This document shows positions 15,730-22,340 of a stretch of DNA of 32,000 nucleotides, piece after piece. Positions within the stretch are counted from its first letter, which is position 1; every line of letters begins with the position of its first letter. The translations under genes and the position numbers were made by a program. Under the pieces are notes generated by a model. It searched no databases. It worked only from the letters and a program-made list of their open reading frames with translations, and was not told the DNA's origin. This DNA is from Gemmata obscuriglobus. GTDB lineage: Bacteria > Planctomycetota > Planctomycetia > Gemmatales > Gemmataceae. Location: NCBI RefSeq assembly GCF_008065095.1, contig NZ_CP042911.1, positions 1,800,001 through 1,832,000 of the forward strand, written 5' to 3'.

Positions 15730-16161
15730 ATGGCCCTGAACAACCTGACGACCGTGACGACGAGCACCGCGATTGTGGCCAGCGTGAAGCTGACCGCGAC
15801 GGCGGCCGATCGCCTCGGTCTGGGGTTCGCGGCACAAGCCTATCCGTCGGACAACCTGTCCCCCAATCCGGCCTCCGAACAGGACCGGTCACGGCAGGAA
15901 CAGTCCGCGGAGCAGATGCGAAAGCAACTGCACGAGGGCGTTCCGGCAGTACCCCCGGTACCGAAGGCGGTCGGATGTCTACCCCCTGGTACCCGTGCCG
16001 TCGTCTCGTGGCAAACAGCTACGAAACCGTGCCGGACCCACTGGGCCACAGTAAGCGTCGCCAGAACCCGAATTAGCCGCGACTGCCAATCGCCGGCTCG
16101 GGTCTGCGACAAACAGAGCTTACTGAGGCAAGTGGCCCCGGCGGCGACCGCCGGAAAGTGA
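15730..16161 (+). CDS. Hypothetical small protein (no recognisable domain); the 3' extent is uncertain
   Basis: ATG preceded by GGAGG at -8. The first ~35 codons have almost exclusively G/C at the third position, like genuine genes here. The bias decays after about codon 80, so the ORF may be shorter or frameshifted. Confidence 0.35.
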   Translation: MALNNLTTVTTSTAIVASVKLTATAADRLGLGFAAQAYPSDNLSPNPASEQDRSRQEQSAEQMRKQLHEGVPAVPPVPKAVGCLPPGTRAVVSWQTATKPCRTHWATVSVARTRISRDCQSPARVCDKQSLLRQVAPAATAGK

Positions 16162-16718
16162 GGTGGCTCCTGGCTTAAACGCAATTTCGATTCGGATTGA
16201 CCCCGTGAGCCGGCCCATCGGCTCGGATGCACAACCGTAGTCGCAGTGCGTTTTGGCGCAGAGCCACAACACAACCAGAAGTCCGAACTTAACACGCTGG
16301 TCCCGGAACGGGTGCGAGTGAGACCTCGTCGGGTCGCACGGTGCGCCGGTGACACGAGGCAGACGAAGGCCCGCGCCTTCAGTCGCTTCGTGGCCCTCAC
16401 CGCCGCATGTGACCTCCCACGGTCGATCGCTCACCCGTTCTGAGGATGAAAAGCCGCCGAGCTTTCGAGCGTGATCGACCGACGATGCGTCGCGCCGGTG
16501 TCCCTTTGATGCGCAAAGGGGCGGCGCCCGTGCAGCCGCGTAGCTTCTGCTGCGCCGGTCGCACGGGCCACAGGTGCGGGTCGGGGTCACGTTTTCGGAA
16601 GCGCCCGGAACATCGGAACACGCCGGCTCCCCTTCATCTGATCCGGGGAGAGCCGCGTTCCGACGTCCGGTGTGCCGCGCCAGCGACAACGGGACAGGAT
16701 CGGGGCAGGAACCCAATC

Positions 16719-17321
16719 ATGAGCTGGACCGAAATCACTGTGCTGGTTGAGAAGGCGAAGACGGGCGACCGGGAGGCGTACGGGGAACTGGTCACCCGGT
16801 TCCAGAGCAGCGTGTACGCGATGGCGCTGGGCCGGGTGCGGGACCCGCTCGAGGCGCAGGAGCTGGCGCAGGACGTGTTCGTTCACGCGATGCGGAAGCT
16901 GCCGCAGCTCCGCGACCCGCGGTGCTTCGCCGGGTGGCTGCGGCGGATCACGGCGCGGATGGCGATCAACCGCCTGACCCGGCGCGGGCCGCTGTTCGGC
17001 ACCGACCCCGAGATGCTCGACGCCGTCGAGGCGCGGACCCGGACCGCCGAAGAGCAGTTCGCGGTCGGCGAGGCGGTGGAGCAACTCAAGGGGGCGCTGA
17101 GCGAGTTGAAGCCGCTGGACCGGCAGACGCTCGAGGCGTTCTACATCCGAGGCCGGAGCCTGAAGCAGATCGCGAAGGAGTTCGCGGTCCCGACGGGCAC
17201 CGTGAAGCGGCGGCTGCACGTCGCCCGGCAGCGCCTCAAGGAAGTGCTGGAAGAGATCGACCCGACGCTGGCCGAGAAGTTCGCCGGGGTCGAGGACGAG
17301 GTCGAGGCGGTTGGCGTCTGA
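16719..17321 (+). CDS. ECF-type sigma-70 family RNA polymerase sigma factor (no adjacent anti-sigma gene)
   Basis: Part of track ORF 16446..17321. Start at the ATG at 16719 (MSWTEITVLVEKAKTGDREAYGELVTRFQSSVYAMALG...). Region 2: DPLEAQELAQDVFVHAMRKL, FAGWLRRITARMAINR. Region 4: LKPLDRQTLEAFYIRGRSLKQIAKEFAVPTGTVKRRLHVARQRLK. Confidence 0.9.
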   Translation: MSWTEITVLVEKAKTGDREAYGELVTRFQSSVYAMALGRVRDPLEAQELAQDVFVHAMRKLPQLRDPRCFAGWLRRITARMAINRLTRRGPLFGTDPEMLDAVEARTRTAEEQFAVGEAVEQLKGALSELKPLDRQTLEAFYIRGRSLKQIAKEFAVPTGTVKRRLHVARQRLKEVLEEIDPTLAEKFAGVEDEVEAVGV

Positions 17322-17346
17322 GCGGCCGCGTTCCGATCCTGAAGTA

Positions 17347-17392
17347 GCGGCCCGCGGCGCCGGTGGTTTTCACCTCCGGCGCCGCGGGCCGC
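17347..17392. terminator. Bidirectional hairpin between the convergent sigma factor and aldo/keto reductase genes (17-bp perfect stem)
   Basis: GCGGCCCGCGGCGCCGG (17347-17363) and CCGGCGCCGCGGGCCGC (17376-17392) with a 12-nt loop, followed by CATTTTCC on the plus strand. Confidence 0.6.
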
Positions 17393-17412
17393 GTCATTTT
17401 CCGCTACTGACA

Positions 17413-18447
17413 TCAGCCGACCGGCGGCGGGTTGCGCTCGACGAACCCGCGCTGGTGCCAGTACGGGTACGGCAGCGTTACCGCGCTCGCCTCGTCCAGT
17501 CGCTTCACCTGGTCGGGTGTGAGGTTCCAGCCCACGGCGCCGAGGTTGTCGCGTAACTGCTGCTCGTCGCGGGCGCCGATGATGACCGTCGAAACGGTGG
17601 GCCGCTGGAGCAGCCAGTTGAGCGCGATTTGCGGCACCGTTTTGCCGGTCTCCTTCGCGATCACGTCGATCGCGTCGACAACCTTGTAAACGTACTCGTC
17701 GGTGAGCGGCGGCCCCTTCTCGTTGCTCAACTGCGAGTTCAGCCGGCTCGTCTTCGGCAGCGGTTGCCCGCGGCGCATTTTGCCCGTGAGCCGGCCCCAC
17801 CCGAGGGGGCTCCACACCACCGCGCCCACGCCCTGGTCGAGCCCGAGTGGCATCAGCTCCCACTCGTAGTCGCGCCCGACCAGCGAGTAGTACGCCTGGT
17901 GGGCGACGTACCGCGACCAGCCGTAGTAATCGGAGGTGAGGAGCGACTTCGTCAGGTGCCAGCCGGAGAAGTTCGAGCAGCCGATGTACCGGACCTTGCC
18001 GGCCTTCACGAGGTCGTCGAGCGCGGACAGTGTCTCCTCGACCGGTGTGGTCGCGTCGAACCCGTGCATCTGGTACAGGTCGATGTAGTCGGTGCCGAGT
18101 CGCTTGAGCTGCGCCTCGCACGACCAGATCAGGTGGAACCGCGACGAGCCGACGTTGTTCGGGCCGTCGCCGAACCGGAACGTGGCCTTCGTGGAGATGA
18201 GGACTTTGTCGCGCCGCCCCTTGATCGCGGCGCCGAGCACCTCTTCGGCCAGCCCGCCCGAGTAGATGTCGGCCGAATCGAACATGGTGACGCCGGCGTC
18301 AAGGCACACGTCCACGAGCTTTGACGCGCCGGCGGCGTCGGTGCTGCCCCACGCCTTAAAGAACTCGTTGCCGCCGCCGAACGTGCCGGTGCCCATGCTC
18401 AGCACCGGCACCTTGAACCCGGACCGGCCAAGCTGACGGTATTCCAT
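17413..18447 (-). CDS. Aldo/keto reductase family oxidoreductase
   Basis: Track ORF of 344 aa. MEYRQLGRSGFKVPVLSMGTGTFGG, FDSADIYSGGLAEEVLG, ISTKATF, IDLYQMHGFD, VRYIGCSNFSGW. GAGGA lies upstream of the ATG. Confidence 0.9.
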   Translation of the reverse strand: MEYRQLGRSGFKVPVLSMGTGTFGGGNEFFKAWGSTDAAGASKLVDVCLDAGVTMFDSADIYSGGLAEEVLGAAIKGRRDKVLISTKATFRFGDGPNNVGSSRFHLIWSCEAQLKRLGTDYIDLYQMHGFDATTPVEETLSALDDLVKAGKVRYIGCSNFSGWHLTKSLLTSDYYGWSRYVAHQAYYSLVGRDYEWELMPLGLDQGVGAVVWSPLGWGRLTGKMRRGQPLPKTSRLNSQLSNEKGPPLTDEYVYKVVDAIDVIAKETGKTVPQIALNWLLQRPTVSTVIIGARDEQQLRDNLGAVGWNLTPDQVKRLDEASAVTLPYPYWHQRGFVERNPPPVG

Positions 18448-18575
18448 TCTGCGTCCTCAACGGGGTTTAAGGTGGTGGTTATACTATGCCGCCCCGTACT
18501 GCCTTACGAACGCAACGCCGGGACGGGATGAGCCCGGCCCGGCGCGCGTGTTCGGCGTTAACTTCTTAACCTGGG

Positions 18576-18760
18576 GCGCGGAGCACTCACAGTACCGCGA
18601 CGGCCGCGAAGAACTTCGCGAAGGCGAAACCTCGACCCGAGCGGTAGCTCCAGACCGCCTTCGCGAAGTTCTTCGCGGTCGTGAAAGCGGTGCTGAAGCC
18701 GTGCTCCCCCGAGGAGGATGTGGAGGAAACAGCCCGGCTGACGCAACATCAGCCTGTCGC
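18576..18760 (+). repeat. Structured intergenic element, copy B (same frame as copy A, different 23-bp hairpin arms)
   Basis: Arms CCGCGAAGAACTTCGCGAAGGCG (18604-18626) and CGCCTTCGCGAAGTTCTTCGCGG (18656-18678). Shared blocks GCGCGG..CTCAC..ACCGC at the 5' end and GCGGTGCTGAAGCCGTGCTCC ... GCCCGGCTGACGCAACATCAGCCTGTCGC at the 3' end. Terminal hairpin GGCTGACG-CAA-CATCAGCC (18736-18754). Confidence 0.6.
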
Positions 18761-18880
18761 AGCGCAACGAGCTAAACGCTGAAGCCGAGTCCGCGCATCG
18801 TACCGTTTTTCGCTTCCCGTCGCGAGTGGTTCCGTTCAAAGTGTGGTTGCGGCCCGTTACTCCCCTTCGGAGCCCCCGAC

Positions 18881-19879
18881 ATGCTCTCCCGCTCGTGTTT
18901 TGTGGCCCTGTTCGTTCTTGTCGTTGCGGTGCCGCTCGCCGGGGCCGAAGAGCCGACGGCAAAAGTGGTGAAATCGCACGGGTACTCGGAGGCGATCGAA
19001 CTTGGGCTCGGCAAGACGCGGGCGGTGTTGTGCCCGCAGGCCGGCGGCCGCGTGCTGGAGTTCTCGACCGGCGGTGTCGATGCGATGTATTTCGACGAGG
19101 CCGAGAAGGGTTGGCAACCGGGGCGAACGATCCCGATCACTGCGGGCCGGTTCGATTACGGCCCGGAGCTGACCGTCCGTCCGCACCCGAAGGCGTGGGC
19201 CGGTGAGTGGAAGGCCGAGGTCACCAGGAGCAACGGTGCGAAGCTCACCAGCCCGCCCGAGGACGCCGGCATTCAGGTGGTCCGCGAGTTCAAGCTGATC
19301 ACACACAACCGTTTCGTCGGACTGTCGTGCTCACAGACCCTGACCAACACCTCGAAAGAGGTCCGCGAGGTGTGCCACTGGGGGCGCTCGTTTTCACCGG
19401 GCGGGGGCATTTGTGTGGTTCCGCTTGGCGACCGCCCGAGTCGGTTCCCCAGCAAATACGCGATGTACGAGGACGGCGCCGTCATCAACGTGCGCACGAA
19501 GGACGACAACATCCGCGAGCGCGACGGGTGCCTCGAGATCCTCGCCCCGCCGCGCAAGCCCAAACTCGGGTTCGACAGCTACGCGGGCTGGCTCGCTTAC
19601 GCGATGCCGAACGACACCCTGTTCGTGAAGCGGTTCAAGACGTTCCCGGATCGGGTGTACAACGAAGCCGCGGGGCTCACGCTTTCAGTGTGGTATCCGA
19701 CCGGGCCGCGGATCGAACTGGAGCCGATCGGGCCGCGCGAGCGGTTGAAACCCGGCGAGTCCGCTTCATTTACGGAAGAGTGGTGGGTGCTTCCGCACCC
19801 GTTCCCCAAGACGGGTCAGCAACTCGATCTGAAGGCGCTCGCCGAGCAGGTCGCGAAGCAAACTGCCACACCGAACTGA
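18881..19879 (+). CDS. Secreted hypothetical protein (function unknown; possibly a carbohydrate-binding or mutarotase-like beta fold)
   Basis: Track ORF of 332 aa with signal peptide MLSRSCFVALFVLVVAVPLAGA. Codon bias is coherent. I could not assign a confident motif. Confidence 0.7.
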   Translation: MLSRSCFVALFVLVVAVPLAGAEEPTAKVVKSHGYSEAIELGLGKTRAVLCPQAGGRVLEFSTGGVDAMYFDEAEKGWQPGRTIPITAGRFDYGPELTVRPHPKAWAGEWKAEVTRSNGAKLTSPPEDAGIQVVREFKLITHNRFVGLSCSQTLTNTSKEVREVCHWGRSFSPGGGICVVPLGDRPSRFPSKYAMYEDGAVINVRTKDDNIRERDGCLEILAPPRKPKLGFDSYAGWLAYAMPNDTLFVKRFKTFPDRVYNEAAGLTLSVWYPTGPRIELEPIGPRERLKPGESASFTEEWWVLPHPFPKTGQQLDLKALAEQVAKQTATPN

Positions 19880-19913
19880 CGCCGAGCCCGGGCCGCTCCG
19901 AAGGAATCTTATC

Positions 19914-21218
19914 ATGCTCCGCAGCTTTTCCGTTTTCGCACTCACACTTGCGATCCCGCTGCCCGCTAAAGCCGCACCGCCGAACGTCGTGCTGCTCGTG
20001 GGCGACGACCAGTGCTGGACCGACTACGGGTTCATGGGCCACGAACACATCAAGACCCCGCACCTCGACAAACTCGCACGCGAGTCGCTTCTCTTCAAAC
20101 GAGGATACGTGCCGAGTAGCCTGTGCCGGGCCAGCCTCGCGACCATGATTACGGGCCTTTACCCGCACCAGCACAAGATCACGTCGAACGACCCGCCCCT
20201 TCCGAAGGGACTCACCGCGGCGCAGGCGAACAAGGATGACAGCTACCTGAAGCTCCGCGCGGACATGGTGGCGCTCTTCGAGGCGTCGCCGGACCTGCCG
20301 AAGTTGCTGGGTAAAGAAGGGTACGTCAGCTTGCAGGTCGGGAAGTGGTGGGAGGGGAACGCCTGCCGGTGCGGGGGCTTCACCGAGGGCATGACGCACG
20401 GCGATCCGCTGAAGGGCGGGCGGCACGGCGACGAGGGGCTGAAGATCGGCCGGCAGGGGCTCCAACCCGTGTTCGACTTCCTCGATAAGGCCAAGAAGGA
20501 CCAGAAGCCGTTCTTCGTGTGGTACGCGCCGATGATGCCGCACACGCCCCACAACCCGCCCGAGCGGCTGTTCAACAAGTACAAGGAAAAGACGAAGTCC
20601 GAGTTCGTGGCGAAGTACTGGGCCATGTGCGAGTGGTTCGACGAGACCGTCGGCGACCTGCTCGGGAAGCTCGAAAAGAGCGGGCAGGTCGAAAACACGC
20701 TGGTGATCTACCTGCACGACAACGGGTGGATTCAGGACGAGATGTCCGCGAACTTCGCGCCGCGGTCGAAGCGCTCACAGTACGACGGCGGGTTGCGCAC
20801 GCCGGTTTTGATCAAGTGGCCGGGGCACACGAAGCCGGGCACGAGTGACCACCTCGCGAGTTCGATCGATCTGGCGCCGACGATCTTGCGCGCGGCCGGC
20901 GCCGAACCAACCAAGGACATGCCCGGAATCGACCTGCTCGACCCGCAACGGGTCGCGACCCGCCACACCCTTTACGGCGAGGTGTTCGAGCACAACGCGG
21001 TCGACATCACCAAACCGAGCGCCAACCTCCGGCACCGGTGGATCGTGGACGGGCACTGGAAACTGATCGTTCCGCACGAGCCCAACGTGAAGGGCGAAGG
21101 AGCGGAGCTGTACGACCTGTCGAAGGACGCCAACGAGAAGGAAGACCTGGCCGCGAAACGGCCCGAGAAGGTGAAGGAGTTGACCAAGAAGCTCAATATC
21201 TGGTGGAAGCCAGAGTGA
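19914..21218 (+). CDS. Sulfatase-family (alkaline phosphatase superfamily) protein with a non-canonical active-site motif
   Basis: Track ORF of 434 aa with a signal peptide. NVVLLVGDDQCWTDYGFMGH..IKTPHLDKLA, LCRASLATMITGLYP, FFVWYAPMMPHTP, LVIYLHDNG, WKLI...ELYDL..D..E fit sulfatase architecture. The CxPxR box reads C-R-A-S-L (20124-20138). Confidence 0.85.
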   Translation: MLRSFSVFALTLAIPLPAKAAPPNVVLLVGDDQCWTDYGFMGHEHIKTPHLDKLARESLLFKRGYVPSSLCRASLATMITGLYPHQHKITSNDPPLPKGLTAAQANKDDSYLKLRADMVALFEASPDLPKLLGKEGYVSLQVGKWWEGNACRCGGFTEGMTHGDPLKGGRHGDEGLKIGRQGLQPVFDFLDKAKKDQKPFFVWYAPMMPHTPHNPPERLFNKYKEKTKSEFVAKYWAMCEWFDETVGDLLGKLEKSGQVENTLVIYLHDNGWIQDEMSANFAPRSKRSQYDGGLRTPVLIKWPGHTKPGTSDHLASSIDLAPTILRAAGAEPTKDMPGIDLLDPQRVATRHTLYGEVFEHNAVDITKPSANLRHRWIVDGHWKLIVPHEPNVKGEGAELYDLSKDANEKEDLAAKRPEKVKELTKKLNIWWKPE

Positions 21219-21239
21219 CGCCGCAGGATGAGTTGCGGC

Positions 21240-22268
21240 TCATCCTTGTCTTCTCTTCGCCCCGCGCACGGCTTCCGCGGTGAGCGGGTCGTCGGGCCAA
21301 CTGTGCTTCGGGTAGCGGGCGCGGAGCTCCTTCCGCACGATCGGGTAGCCGTTCCGCCAGAAGCTCGCGAGGTCTTCGGTCACCTGCTGCGGTCTGTAGT
21401 TGGGGGCGAGCAGGTGCAGCAGCACCTTTCTGCGCCCGCGCCCGACGGTGGGCGTTTCGGTCAGCCCGAACATCTCCTGAATCCGTGCCGCCAGTATTGG
21501 CGGGCGGCCCTCTTCGTACACGAGCTGAATGTGGCTACCGCTCGGGACTTCCAGGTGTCCCGGGGCCTCGCTTTCCACCGCCTGGAGCTGCTGGTAGGTT
21601 AGGCACCCCCTGAGGAAGTCGAGCCACGGGCCGTTCCGCACGTCCGCGAGCGACCGCCGGTTACGGCACAGCGCTTCCAGGGCCTCACGCAGGTCGGCCG
21701 CTTCGAACGCCGGGAGATCCAGCTCCGGCACCCATTCGCGCAGGCACCGCACGCGGGTTCGGAATGCGCCGGCCGGAGAATCGGGCGCCGGTAGCACCTT
21801 TTCCAATCTTTCCGCGGCCGCGCGGGCGAGCACGCTCGCGGCTTCGCTTTCGTCCGCAATGTGTGCGTTGAGTTCGTCCAGCAGGAGGTCGCCGAAGCGA
21901 GTCGCCTTGCGGGCCGCGAGCCGCTCGGTCTTCTCGTCGAAGGTGATCTCGATGCGCGTGGAAACCCGCTCTGCGGGCAGCCACTCGCGTTCCACGCCGG
22001 AGGCCTGCCGGACGAACGAATCCGTCCCGCCGGCGTCCACATCGACACACACGAACAGTTCGGGTTCCGACACCCCCGACGCGGGGGCGAGCCGCACTCC
22101 GCGCCCGCCGACGGTGACCGCTTTGGTGCTGCCGGGCTCGCGCCGCCGCGCCAGGCGATCCGGGTACGCCGCGAACACGCACTGAAGGAGGGCGTCGTCG
22201 GATGAAGGCAACCCACCCCCCGGCCCCCTCCCTGAAGGGAGGGGGAGTTTGGACACTCCGCTCAGCAA
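21240..22268 (-). CDS. hrpB: ATP-dependent helicase HrpB, C-terminal fragment (HrpB_C domain); frame-shifted relative to the N-terminal fragment
   Basis: Track ORF of 342 aa. AAYPDRLARRRE, ARIQEMFGLTETPTVGRGRRKVLLHLLAPNYRPQQVTEDLASFWRNGYPIVRKELRARYPKHSWPDDP closely parallels the E. coli HrpB C-terminus. This frame stays open upstream to a stop at 22368-22370. Confidence 0.8.
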   Translation of the reverse strand: MLSGVSKLPLPSGRGPGGGLPSSDDALLQCVFAAYPDRLARRREPGSTKAVTVGGRGVRLAPASGVSEPELFVCVDVDAGGTDSFVRQASGVEREWLPAERVSTRIEITFDEKTERLAARKATRFGDLLLDELNAHIADESEAASVLARAAAERLEKVLPAPDSPAGAFRTRVRCLREWVPELDLPAFEAADLREALEALCRNRRSLADVRNGPWLDFLRGCLTYQQLQAVESEAPGHLEVPSGSHIQLVYEEGRPPILAARIQEMFGLTETPTVGRGRRKVLLHLLAPNYRPQQVTEDLASFWRNGYPIVRKELRARYPKHSWPDDPLTAEAVRGAKRRQG

Positions 22269-22340
22269 ACTCGATTCGCGAGACGTTCCGGAAATGCCTT
22301 CTCTCCCCCTCCCTGAAGGGAGGGGGTTGGGGGGGGGGGG
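22224..22340. repeat. Two identical 22-nt perfect palindromes (CCCCCTCCCT-GA-AGGGAGGGGG at 22224-22245 and 22305-22326) followed by a G12 homopolymer (22329-22340), embedded in hrpB
   Basis: Read directly from the sequence; the copies are spaced 81 nt apart. On the coding (minus) strand each palindrome encodes PLPSGRG in the C-terminal frame and PSLQGGG in the N-terminal frame. Confidence 0.85.

Noticed and set aside
16062-16078. CAGAACCCGAATTAGCC resembles the 3' conserved ACAGAACCCGGCUUA block of bacterial RNase P RNA
   Set aside because: The obligatory 5' partner block (GAGGAAAGUCCGGGC) is not present on either strand within several hundred nt. I judge this a chance similarity.
16607-16640. 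Two GGAAC motifs (ECF -35-like) upstream of the ECF sigma gene, suggesting autoregulation
   Set aside because: There is no CGTC/CGTT-type -10 element 16-17 nt downstream of either GGAAC. The motif is too short to be meaningful alone.
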